Source: Paragordius varius (lineage: Eukaryota > Animalia > Nematomorpha). From it: DNA of 64,000 bases. How positions within the stretch are numbered: position 1 is the stretch's first letter; each line of letters begins with the position of its first letter. The position numbers were made by a program, and so were the translations under genes. Below the pieces are notes generated by a model. That model did not search any database. It saw nothing but the letters and a program-made list of their open reading frames with translations, and was not told the DNA's origin. Shown one piece after another: positions 22,883-36,392 of this stretch. The stretch is from NCBI GenBank assembly GCA_964247055.1, contig OZ176052.1, forward strand, positions 7,254,001 through 7,318,000, given 5' to 3'.

Positions 22883-23678
22883 TGCATCAAAAATGGAATA
22901 CCTTAAAGCGTCTTTATATCGTTTTTAACATGCTTCGAAATTGCCTGAATTTATCAACAATAAATAATTAATACTTTTCATAAACGTTTGATTGCCATAG
23001 CCTGGCATATAATAAAAAATTTATCGCGAACTGCATTGCTTTTATTTTAAGACTTTCATTTGCCACATCTATTTAAAATTTTATAAAATAATATCATTAT
23101 TTTTTTAAAATATAGCATTTAGATCTTAAAATATTTCGCATATGTGCGCAATTTTGCGATTTAATGATATTAAACAATTACTAGAGAGGTGCAAATATTT
23201 TATAACCCCCCAAATCCAGGCTTTCTGATAATTTATCTATCAGAATAAATGTTTCATCAGAATATTTTACCCAAATTTTATGAACGAACAGTGTAACTCA
23301 TAGGCCTAAAAACCAAAAGTAAATTATTGTTTTTTATTATAATGTAACTGTTATCAGACCCCCGATATGTACTGTGTAAGCCCTGACTTAAAAACCTTTG
23401 AAAATGGATGATTTCAGATCTCTTTTATTTATAGCGCGGTCAACAAAAATTTAGTATATACAAAATTGGGCACCGAAAATACTCACTGCTGAATAATGAA
23501 TCATCTGACCCTTATATCATGAAAACGTGATTGGCATTAAAGGTATATCATTTCATTTTTTTCTAATTTATCAATTAGTATTTCAAATTGTTTGTTGAAA
23601 ATAAATATATTTACGATTTAAGATATTTGTTCAGTATACTTTCAAAATATTGAATAAAGTGTTATAAACAATTTAAAC

Positions 23679-25783
23679 CAGTGCTTCCCTATCTTTTTCT
23701 AGTTGACGTCCCATCAAATTAAATTCTTGCGCTCCCCCAGAAAAAATATAAATTGGTAAAAACTTTATGGCAAATTCGCATTGTGATAATAGTTGGCATC
23801 CTTTTGTATAACCATATAGCATATATACATATAGAATGTTCTCTTGTCTTAATGCAAATTCGAACAATACTATTGAAAAATGTATACTAATAACAAAGAA
23901 TTACAAGTGTTTATCTGTATAAAAGCTAGGAATGGGCTACAAATATAAATATGTATGAATTTACGGCCTGGTTTTACATTAAGACTCCACTACGTTTTGG
24001 GGTAGTTTTATATCCCAGAGCGATTAATAATTTAACCTTTTAGATGATATTTAAGGGGTTAAGCGGAAAATATGTTTTCGTTAATCTTTTAGGGGTATTA
24101 TATAAATTTTTTTTTCAAAAATATACAATTGTAAAAATTCCTTATTTTAAATTTCTACCATTTTTTTCTGTAAATTTTTTACCGCTAAATCAATAGGCAA
24201 ATATAAAATTAACTTCAAAAACCTTTCAGGCTATATTTTACCAGCAAAAACTTGTATCAGCTGTTTATTTCAATCGTGTTTTGGAGCTGTTCCAATTTTA
24301 GCCTCTGGTAGTCACAAAACTTTAAAAATAATTTTTTTATTACCCTGACAATTTATTAGCTTTTATTTAAAATAACTTCCAAAAATGTAGTTTATCAACG
24401 TAATTAAGCTCTCGCAAACTACCTCTAAGGGTAAACTAGGACAAAAAAATAAAAAGGTAATGAATGTTAAGTAATACTAGAAGGGGGGAGGGGTATAAAA
24501 AAATGATCTGAAGAAACATATATTCTGATAGGAAAATATGTCAGAATTTTGTTACTTTTAGTTTTATCCCTTACAAGTGATTCAAAAAGGTTTTTTACGC
24601 TTTTAGAGTTGATGCTCCTTATCAGAAAATGATAAATGAGCGAATTTCGCTAAAAAAACATTTTTGGAAGCCAGAGCCTTCATTCAAAAATATAACTCTA
24701 TATACCACAAACGTAAAAGCAAACAATATTTTTTAAAAAAATTTAATTTAAGATGCCGGTTCCGAAATTCCGAAACTTTTTTGCTCTTATAAAATGGGCT
24801 ATTCCTCTTAAAATAAATGCAAATGCCGGAATTGCGCGATATAAATTGTAAATATGCTAATTTTGATATCATCCAAAATCTTTCAAAATACATATATTTT
24901 TAAAAATTTTTGTTAGTCAGAATGGGGAGTACTTCATACTCTTTAGTATCGGTTGAAAAACGTGTTCAGATATCATAAACATTTTTTTTCTATGATTTCA
25001 TGATGCTGAACATTACCTCGGAATCTTGAATATCCGTTGGTCTTCCAACTTATATTGAATAAATAGTGTTATTTTACAAAAATTCAAAATTTTTAAACAA
25101 ATGAACCTTAATAAAATTTTGAAGCGATAAAAAAGGTTCAGCATCATCGATTTATATATAAAAGGTGTTTCCAAATAGAAAGCATTTTTACTTTCCCTGA
25201 CTTTAAATTATATAAAGTACGCTTCAAGTATGCAAAAAATAAATATTAAATAGGGTATACATTTTTAAAATTTTATTAGTTAATAATAAAATTTTCTATA
25301 TATATATGTATATCAAGTTATTCAATACCGGCATTTTTCCGTTGACTTTTAAAATATTCGAAATTAGAACAGGAAAATAATTTGGGATTTTCGGGGCCCA
25401 CATCTAAATAAAATTTAGAAAAATTGCTACGCTTTTTATATGTAATTTGCAATATATTTTAAACTTTTTTTTATAATGCAGCCTCTAGCTTTCACAAAAA
25501 ATATTATTCAATGAAATGTGCTCAAATTTTGCCATTTTATTATATAGAGCACTTATTCCAAAAGTGTAAATAAAATTCAGACGCAAGGTTAAAAAGCAAA
25601 AACAGTATGATAATCCTGAGTTTTCTATAATAATATATATATTTTATTTGGTTATTGTTTGTGGACACTGTGTTTATCAATTTTCAAATCATAGTAAACA
25701 TTATGTTTTTTATCGTTTTTCTGAAACCCCCTCTATTTATACGCCCTTCTTGGGGGGCGTTGAGACCCTTTTGGGAACCACTG
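23679..25783. mobile_element. 2.1-kb composite non-autonomous hAT element
   Basis: TIR CAGTGCTTCCCTA / reverse complement CAGTGGTTCCCAA (11/13); perfect 8-bp direct repeat ATTTAAAC at 23671-23678 and 25784-25791; interior contains copies of another repeat family. Confidence 0.78.
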
Positions 25784-25868
25784 ATTTAAACATTTTTGCC
25801 GTGATGCAAATATCACATATTCATTGCTTCATTATTCAATCTGTATATTCTGATGATGCTGGAAGAAG

Positions 25869-28800
25869 ATGAGTGAAAACTCTTACCCTAAGCCTTCTAT
25901 GACAAGTTTCTTAATTTATAATTATAGGATCTTCGGATTCCACAAATTTTGTTGGCTACAAAGCTCGGCAAGAAAGGATTCGAGCTTTCATTAAACAACA
26001 AGAAGAAAATCGCTTACGTAAAAAAATTGAATTGGAAGAAGCGCTTAAAAATGCCGAAAAAATTAGAAGACTTCGCATTGAAGAAAGAAATAAAAATATT
26101 CAACAAAAAAGACAACAAGAACTTAAAAAGCAAATTGAAGCAAAAAATAGAAGGGAAGCGCACGAACAAGCTGAAATGGTTAGTTTTTGCTAAATAATAA
26201 TAAAATTAAATTATTTTTTTAAATTTATTGATGCATTAATATCTTTTTATTTCTGGTTTAAATATTACGTTACCTATTTTGTATTTTATCTATTTTGCAA
26301 TAATTTACTAAACCTGTTTTTATAAAGTATCAATGTTTTTATATCTATTTAATACTTAATTTGGTTGCTCTAAATATTCTGATTTTTAATCATTTAATTA
26401 CAGCAAACAAAATGGTAAATGAATGTTATTGGTTAATGTATAAAAAACATTTATATGACTCAGGTAATATTACATATAATGTTTTGAGGGCTTTTCATGT
26501 TTTAGTTTTACATTAGAATAAAAAACTGTCAAATAATTTTTGTTAAATAAATAATAAAAGTTAGATTTTAAATACCATATAAGCTTTATTTAAATTCTTC
26601 TATAATGTAAATTTTATTATATGTTTATGAATAATAACCATTGTTTATTTCATTTTTATGATTTTATTTTTAATCAAATATTTAACGTTTTTATATATAT
26701 GTTTCTTTCACAAATGCAATCTCTTATATTTTTTATATTTTGGGAGTGTGAAATAATATTGTCAAATCATTTTTAATTTCGCTTCGCATTACCTATACCT
26801 GTTTTTCAAAATAAACCAAATCAAAAATGTTTTAATTTTTTATTTCTTTTTAGTTTTTGTGTGTTATCTCTCTATCATACTACTGTTTTTTTAATTATTT
26901 AATTTGATAGAAAAATTATATATTTGAATTTGAAACCAATAATTAATTAAATTTTTATTATTATGAAATATACTTACTGCTAATTATATATTAATGGGAT
27001 TGGGTTTGCTTAGTCATAAATGTTTTATAATCGTGGCTTTTTACTAGTCTAGCCTATATTTGTGCCTCAATTAAAAATAAAATATAAATTAATGGTAGGT
27101 ATTGGATATTCATGTTTAATCTACCCAACTCTATATTTATAATCTATCCAACACCAAATATTTATCAATTTAATTTAATATTTTTATAATGTATAAATTT
27201 TTGGATATTTAATTAAATTATTGCTTTTTATACACCTTTTTTTACCTGTGTTGTTTCTTTCTCTTCTAGTTATACATACGCGTTTTTCTTTGTTTGTTTT
27301 AAAATTTTGTTAACATTTTTCCATTAAATTTATTAATTTTTTTGCAAATACATTTTTTTAGTTTATTGATTTTTTGGACAACATATATTTTAATTTTAAT
27401 TAATATCTATTTTAACTTTTTTTATAATTGGTTATGACGTTATTAATGAGTATAGGCTAAAAAGTGTGAGTGAGGGGGTTATGGAAAAAAATCTTGATTT
27501 TTTAAACTTACAATTATGTTACATATAATTAAAAATGATAACATTAGCTTTATATATTTATTTTTTTGTTTAATAAAATCCCCCCTTTTTAAATAAAACT
27601 ATAATATCCAATCAATAAAATTATATTCGTTTCTCTTCCTCGATTCATTAATTAAAACCAGAAATGGGTTAATACACATATAAATACGTGTTTCCTTTTA
27701 ATTATACCTAGTACCAGTATAATGCAACTCTTTGATTGATTTCTTTTTTAGTATATATTTTAATGAAAATTATAATGGCGATCATATGGATTTTACATAT
27801 AATTAGCATCAATGAACTTGTTTTCCGTTTATTTTTAAGGATAAGAATGATTTTCGATACTCCAGAGGTGGTCAGTCTGTTTGTAATTATTAAAATTAAA
27901 TTTTCATACAAATAAGTAGGCAATATTGTTAAATCCCAAGAAATTTATCATTGGTCAAAATTTTTTTAAATAAAAAATCACTCTTTTCCTCACACATTTT
28001 GGCAAATGAATTTTGTTGGTTGTTGTTTTTTATCTTTTTTTATCATCCATTTGTTTGTTTAACATTATACAACGAATATGTTCTTATTATATTAATATCT
28101 CTATTAAACTTTTTTTACATTATTAAGTTGTATAAAATCAATAGGCCAAACACATCCAATAATAATTAAATTTTGATCACATTCATTAAACTACTATGTA
28201 CGAATAATTGATCATTTATGTTAAATGATAATAGGAGAAGGCATTGCTTGCTTTACGGAAACATTCAGAGCGACAAATAATGCATGGAACATCAAATAAT
28301 AACCGCACACCGCTTATGACAACATCCTTAACTTTGAATCATTTTGTTGTATCGGATTTGACTTCAAATTATTCAAACACTAATATGATATTTGATATGG
28401 GTGGTCTTTCACCCGTCCAACCATTTGCCACAAAGGCAAAAGAAAACCATGTTGTTGGTGGAAAAAATAATTTTGCAAGAATAAGCCCAAACCATACATA
28501 TACATCCACCAACAATGACCCTACAGATCAACTATCCCGAAATAAAATAAATGTTCGAAAAACGAAATCCAATATCAGTAATATTGCAACTCCAGATCGA
28601 AAGAGTGGAGTAGCGTTTGGTATGAGCCTTAAAACTCCCCGTAATTTATTGGACGTTCAACTTAAGGGGATAGATGGGAGATTTGGGACACCTACACGAT
28701 CAAATGGTAGATTTTTTATATTTAAATTTGATTATATTTTTAGTGTAAATTAAAGCATTTAATGGACTTTCAATCTTGTATTTAGGAATAAATTATATTT

Positions 28801-31800
28801 CTTTCAATGTTTTATATAAATTCATTTAATTGAGTTTGAAACTTTATATATGATAAAATGGTGATTTTTGATTTGTCTTTTGATATTTAGCCTAAAATTT
28901 TGCCGATAATCATTTCTGAAAATTATCTATGTTTTCAAATAAACTCTATTTGAATGTTTGGGAGTTTTTTTAAGTTTTAAACCTTACATTTCTAAGTTTT
29001 ATCCAATACCTAAAAAACATATTCAGTTTTTAATTGCTTTAAGCTTTACTTTTGTAATTATCTTTCTGATATCGGTAAGCGCTATGAATACTAAGTTAAT
29101 GGGACTTTTTATTCCGATTTTTTTGTTCAATGTTTTTCTGTTAACATCAGATAACATTATGACTCGAAGTCTTAATAATCGTCAAAGCATTGGATTATCG
29201 TCGAGCAAAACAACTTCTCACCCTTCATCTGTTATATCTGCCAGGGATCAACACGATGTAACACAATTCACTAAACAGTATTCTTCATCAAGTAATGTCC
29301 ATTTTGATTACACTCAATATATTTATGGTTTATTTCTATATGATGTGTTATTACGTAATATTTTATCAGATATTAGCTAAACTTAATATTTAGATGATTT
29401 ACCAAGTTAAACAATTTGTTTAAAATTTTATTTTCAGGATTGATTGGGATCTTATAATTATTTTTGGAGAGTATTTATAGTTTAATTATATTGGCGTATA
29501 TCAATAATTAATATTTAATAAATTTTCATAGGTCATTTTTTTATAAATCACGTGTGAAATATATTTTAGCCTCAAGATTGAGTCCAAGATCCTATGATAT
29601 TAAACTAAAATCAAACGTAAGTCCCTTGGCTAAACAAACATATCCTTCTCCTAAATCAAAACAATCTTTTATTACTAAAAATTCCAAAGGTATTCTATTT
29701 TATCCTTTTATAAATAAATATATCTATTTAGACATTTCAATATTATTTTTTTCCATTTTTATTTAGTATTATCGAAGCCTGCAAATTCAATGGCAAAAAA
29801 TAATTTGAAAGCCAACTTGAATACCAATATGGTACAAAAATCAATAGAAGTTGTATTACCACGTAGTCCCACATTTGTCAAAAATAAGGAAAAAATTAAA
29901 AACGCCACAGAAGGTTTAACTTTTTTAACTTTTCATATTTCTTATAAATGTTATAAAATATTTTATAAAGGATTCTTTGTTAGGAGGAAGATAAATTAAT
30001 ACTATCTTACAATATTTGATTTGCTAAATAAATTTTTTTAATAGAATTTATAATTAAATTGAAAATATATATATTTTTTATAATTTCATCAAAATTATTT
30101 GTTTGTTTATCCATAATACTACCAATCTTAATTATTTTTTAATTCATTTTATTTACACATAACATATTCGTTCTTGTTGATACAATATAAATATCTATTT
30201 ATATTGTTAGAAATTCAAACAAGGCAAATAAAACCGGTCGATAGTAATGATGACCAAATTTTATCTATGAACGGATTGACAAACTGTGGGGGAACTTTTG
30301 TCATAAATAAACCCAGATCTAGAGGTTTAATTATTATCATATATTTTGTCTTTGGCTAAATGTAGGATATTATCGTTAATGACTATCTAATTTTTCATTT
30401 ATATTAAAAAAACGATCAATAATATTTAATGTTGTGTCTATAAATGGATTTAGATCATATAAAGACCATGCTTTAATAAATAATATGACTATGTCCATCA
30501 CGATAGTAATTTCAGCCTGAGGTTCAGGCTTTAAAAAAAATTGATTTTTTGACAAATTTTGTCAAATTTTAAATTTTTACATCTATATATTTTGTTAATC
30601 CTATTGTATTTTATAGATAACATAACACACCACTCTTTTGATTCCGGCACATTAATTTCCTCAAATAATAATGAAATTTTACCAAACAAACATGTTGAAA
30701 CAGACAAACTAGAAGAGTCTTGGATTCTAGTAATTTCCATTTTTATGATTTATACAATAGTGTCAAAAACGAACTAAGCGATATTTTATTATAAGCATAA
30801 TGAAATTTAATCGGAAAAGTTTCGGCACTAATAAAAACATAAATATTTTGTTTATTTTTGCTTGTATGTTCTGATACATAAACAATGAAATGCAAATATT
30901 TTTCCTTTTTTAATTATGGTTTTATGTTTTTTATTTTTAATATAAATCCATTTGTACAAAAAGTGTTAATTATTTATCCCATGAGACACCGGCATAAGTA
31001 CAAATATTAGTCTACTCCATAAAGAGAAAATTACTTTAACCTTGACAAATAAAATTTTCAATTAATAGTTTTGGATTCATAAACTTTATCTGTAATTTCA
31101 TAATTCCAAGTTTTTAATTTTGAAGGCTGATAATTTTAGATAATATTAGGGATATAATTCAATGAGATTGTGATTATTTTAACCGTTTTGCAAGTTTTAG
31201 CATTTAATATATGCATATTAAATTATGGCTCATCTCGATGACATTTCAAATATTTTGACTTCTCTTTTTCTCCAACATTAGGATAATATATCCCAGGAAG
31301 CAGAAACAAATCACGTTGAAACCTGCAGAGAAGACGAATTTTTGTACATATTACTTCCTTCGGAAACGCCATTCGGGTTAGATAATAAAGAAACGCTCAC
31401 ATTAGCCCACGATGAATTGGTTATTAAGCATTCTTTACCTACCCCGTTTATTAATGTTGATTTGAGTAAAAACGCTAATGAAATCGCAATTTTGCCCTCA
31501 AAAGGCCTTGACAATATTTTGAATCAAAATACGGAAAATGAAATATTTGGCAATGCAACACATCCCACTTTGCTTGAATTTTCTGAGACTGAACAAAGTG
31601 GTATAAATAACGAGGAAGAAAATGAGACAATATCACTTTCATGTCCTACGCATACACACAGCTTTTTTGAGGCTAATGAGAAGACTACTAACACGGAAAA
31701 TCAATATTATAATTCCTTAAATGAGACTACTGCATGGGGAAATAAAATTAACAATGAAGAAAAAACATACGATGAATTAAACAATAATAAAATTGATAAA

Positions 31801-34800
31801 AATGAACAAACTAAATTGTTATTAACATCACCATCAAATCGTGCTGTGGACAATAACCAGGATAATATTATAACTGAAAAGATAGAACATTTAATTCCCT
31901 CCATCCAACTAAACACCTGTGATGAAACACAAATTAATGAACCATTTTTTGATGAAAATAGCAAGGACCTAATTACCGAAAATACCTGTCTTACATCAAT
32001 GGATCATGAAAATGCAGTTAAAACATGTACTGAGCATAAAACTATTGAACAGATTAATAATTCTCCTATCTCACTTATATCTAGTCATTCTACTAAAGAA
32101 ATCTCACATGATTCTCCTGATATTATTGATAACAAGGAACAAAATTTTGAAAGAAATCCTTGTTTATTTGAATCACCATCGGTTGCGCATCATGAACATA
32201 TTGAAAAATTTGAATATGACATAACACAGGAGGCAACGAACTCTGATGGTGAAAACAGTTTAACAGCTGCTGCTTTTACTGTACCTTCCATTCGCTTGAT
32301 TGAAGCGACGCCAGTTAAATATACATTAGGTGATGATGGTACATACCAAAACAATAATGATTATCCTATCACCGAGATAATAGAATCTAAAGATCCCATT
32401 TCTCTTTTCACAGATAATAATGAAGACAATATGCCTAAAAACGATGAAAATCCACAAGATAATAGCATGATTGCTGAGACGACGGATGTATTGACAACAA
32501 CGACCACTCATCACATTATGACAGAACAGGAAGCCAAAACTGAAATGGCAAAACAGCGTAGAATGGCTAAAGAGTTGGCTCGCCAGGCTTGGGAACGTGA
32601 ACAGGAACGTATACGGTTGGAAAGGTAAATTACTTTTTTTCTAATATAATTCCCTCTTTTATTTTATTTCTATATGATTAATTTTATTTTTAGCATGTAT
32701 TATTATTATCATTATCTCCGTTACAAAGCCGTATGATCAATTTTACATAATTGCGTTTTTTTAATAATTTATTTCTAAACTTACTAATAATCTTAAGAAG
32801 CTTTGAATCCTTTTAGGTCCATTTTTAGAAAAACACACTATATTAAAATAAATATTACCATTTTATGTGTTACATTAGGTATTAATCCCATAATTATATA
32901 ATAGCTACTGTGGATATTATAAAGAGTCAGTATATTAGCTGGATTATAAAATAATGCTTAAAGTTTAATTAAATTTTTCTAACATAAATTCATAATATCA
33001 TCTTAACCAATAATTATAACCAATATCAATATATAAAACATAAAAGTTTTAATTTGCTCAATGTTTATATAACAGAAATTTTAAAATAATTATCCATTAA
33101 TTAATTTGAGAATATACCTATTAATAGGGAGGCCGAGGAAGCCAAACAATTAGCCGAACAGGAGGAAATGGACCGACTGGCCCGTGAATGTAAGATGATG
33201 GAGGAAAGGAGATTGCAGGAAGCTATAAAACAACACGAGAAAAAATTGGAGGAAGATGCCAAAAAACAGGCTGCTAAGGTTATAAATTGGAAAATTTTTA
33301 TTACAAAGGCGTGAACTAATATGTTATAGATCTATCATTCAAATATTCATATAAGGTATTGTTTTAAAAAAGAGTAATTTCAATTTGATTAGCCAATTCA
33401 TAATCAGTTTGGCTATTAACTAGGCGTTAGCTAAATCAAAATTACAAAAAAATTTTTTTCTCTTGAATATGCTAAGAATTATGAAATTGTGTTGCATTTA
33501 AACATTCTTTTCATAGGGTTAGTATACCATTTAAATTTCAAATTTACCCTTATTTTAAGAAAATTAAGAATTTTTAACTTTAAAAAACGTATAATTTTGT
33601 AGGGTGAATTTGATTTGTTCGAGAGCGAATTTGATTTTTCAAGGTCAATTTGAGTTCAAGGGTAAATTTTAACTGTTAATGATATATATCTGCTCACTAT
33701 TCAATAAAAGGTAATGTTGTATGAAGTTGTTTTATTAGAAATTAATTAAAGCATGAAAAACGATTTTAATTTTGGTTAAGATTTACTAAATTTTTATGTT
33801 ATTAATTTAGGATGAGCTACGGAAAAAGAACGAAGAGGCATCCCTATTAGCGGCTCAAAAGATTAAACAAATCGAAGATGAAGCACGTAAACAGGAGGAA
33901 GAACGGTTGGAGCGCAAAAAGGTTGTAGAATTTTTTTACACTCATTTGAATATGCCTTTTTTTATTTTAACATTTTTTAATAACAACATTTTTTAATTTA
34001 ATAGCATTGTGTTGGTTAAAAGATGTTGTGTTTAAATAAAGTAGTGTTGTTTAAAAAGGTATTATAACACATTTATTTTTAAAATAACAGGTCTCTGGTA
34101 AACATCAAATAGATTTATTTTATGCACATTTTGCATTTAGAAACTCGATGCAATAATGAGTCGAACACGTCGATCCACAGCTTCAACGACACCTATTTCA
34201 CAGACCCCCACAATTAATCCATATAAGGTCGATACGCAAAACAATGCAAGTTTTAATGTTGTTGTCTCTACACTCGACACAACGTCACCGAGATTGGGAT
34301 CATCGCCAATTTTATTGAGATCAAACACTTCTACTACCAGCACAACAAAATTTTCTTCAAATTATAAAAATTCCATAACAACTATTACTACAAGCGTAAT
34401 AATGACAAATGATAGTACTCATAACCTAAATAGTATTGACACGCTCACAGATATTAAACAATCTAGTGGGATTATATCGAATTCTATCGTCAGAAATATT
34501 CTTGTTTCCACACCTGACCAACAATCAACACGCGAAAAAATGCAATTAATAAACGAAACTCATGAACAATATCATTATCCCGTTTCGACCCAACTATCAT
34601 ATATTAATAAAGAATATAGCTCAACAAAATCTGATTCAAGTAAAATATCACCTGTATTATTTAATATTGCCAATACTTCAACAACATCTATAAATGATGT
34701 TCAAAATTCTAAATACAACAATAAATATGATAAACAAAATTCCAATTCCACTGATTTTTATATTAATGATATCAAAACTTCCCTTTCCAACATTGATTTG

Positions 34801-35630
34801 ATCGATCATGATTTAAGTAAAAAATTTCCAACCGATATAAATACAACAAATGTGATATCTTTACCTTATACGTCCACCAATGATTCGTTTACCAATACGT
34901 TTTTAAAAACGGATCTATTAGATCCCTCCACAATTAATGACACTTTTTCAAACATATCTTCTAATCACCCCTCAAATAATGGTAAATTTATTATATTAAG
35001 ATATCATTTCCTTTGGTAAGACTTGTATATTTAAATATTTTAAAAATAATATATTTTATAGGTGATATTTATACACCTACACTAAGTAACGATTCAACAC
35101 ACGTTAACCAATCCAATGCAAACTCCCACGCATCTGACACACATTTCTCCAATCCCATTTATTCCAATGGCCCTTCAAATCAAATCATAGATAAAAATTC
35201 CATTGTTTTATTGTCTTCAAATAATAACACCTCGTTAAAAATAAATGGTATTTCTACAGGCACAATAACAACAGCGAGTGCACATAGAAAACCTAATCCT
35301 TACATTAGTAATAACGACATCAATAATCATTTATTCCCTAATCGTGATTCTACTTTCATAATCCCAAATCCTGAAGATTTGAACCATTTAATCGCAGAGG
35401 AACCGTTTGTGCCTACAGACGAGGAAACGACCACAGATGACGATAGCACCAATAATAATCAGCATCATATGACATCCATGAATGCAAAGAAAAAACACCA
35501 CCACTTGATTCCAAATACATCCTCATCCGCTCACAAAATGGCAACATCCATACTTAGACCGATACATACTTCCCCGTCCGATTTTGAGAGAGATTTTAGG
35601 ATTGAAAACACTAGTTTATCTTCTCTTTAA
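25869..35630 (+). CDS. MAP7: MAP7/ensconsin-like microtubule-associated protein, ~1470 aa (start uncertain)
   Basis: Exons 25928-26178, 28235-28706, 29151-29327, 29570-29689, 29767-29913, 30211-30324, 30617-30729, 31282-32624, 33128-33278, 33811-33921, 34141-34981, 35062-35630, plus a possible ATG-A exon at 25869-25872 (55-nt intron). N-terminal charged helix RQERIRAFIKQQEENRLRKKIELEE, GVAFGMSLKTPR motif, and C-terminal coiled coil ending EEERLERKKKLDAIMSRTRR (MAP7 RKKRLEEIMKRTR-type signature). Several of these exons are absent from the ORF track. Confidence 0.8.
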
Positions 35631-36392
35631 ACAAAACATCAGCTATGTTTTGTTTGAAGTAAGATGGTAAATAAATGTTTTTGTCCAAACTAAAATCCAT
35701 TGAATTATTAAATTATATTCAATACCCTATATGGTGCATTGTTTATTATGTATGCACGTTCTTAAATCTGTAAAGTAATATAAATAATGCATTACACGCT
35801 TCTTTGTTTTTCAAATATTTTTGCTCAGAATATGTTTTTGATTTACGAAAAGCAAATGTTATATGGGTATACAAACTTGTAAAATCATCTTAATGAGAAA
35901 TTTTAATTAATGCTAATATTCATTTAAAATTTGAATGTATTAATCCAATTATTAAGGAATTTAAGCATTTGCTTATTTAGGACTCGTCATGAATTTTTTA
36001 TTTTAGCCTGATTTTTTGTCATTGTGCATTGCTGACCTTAAATATCTCTATCATATTATCATGAAAATCGGATAGTCACTCATTTTTTGTTACTTACTTA
36101 TAAAGAAATTATATCAATGACACCATAAGTATCATGTACCATTTATTATTATTATTATTATCAAATAATTTTATTTATTATTGTCATTAAAACCTGTGTA
36201 CATATCCATAAATAAAATAATAAATTACATAATATGAATATTGTTAAACGCACATCATATATTTAAATATTGAGAAAAAAATATATTTTATTTTTAAGAT
36301 TTACTAGTATAAGAAGTTTACCGTGAGAATTCCAGTTTTTGGCCATGTTTTTATTGCACTAGATTGAGCTAATATTAATTTGTCAGTGTTTA

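Larger units (their letters stand above)
19700..25640. repeat. Cluster of an unclassified AT-rich interspersed repeat family (both orientations), host of the piggyBac-like insertion
   Basis: Recurring blocks such as AAGTGCTCAATATCAG..AAATGGCAAA..TTGAGCACATTTT at ~19790, ~21190 and ~21490, and reversed at ~22250 and ~25520; GGGCCAAAACCAAAAG variants. Confidence 0.6.

Noticed and set aside
25906-25927. 22-nt intron that would give MAP7 an MSENSYPKPSMT start
   Set aside because: All other modelled introns are 55 nt or longer; a 55-nt intron from 25873 fits equally well.
35631-36392. Overlapping 3' UTRs of convergent MAP7 and LRR genes
   Set aside because: AATAAA-like hexamers are too frequent here to place poly(A) sites from sequence alone.
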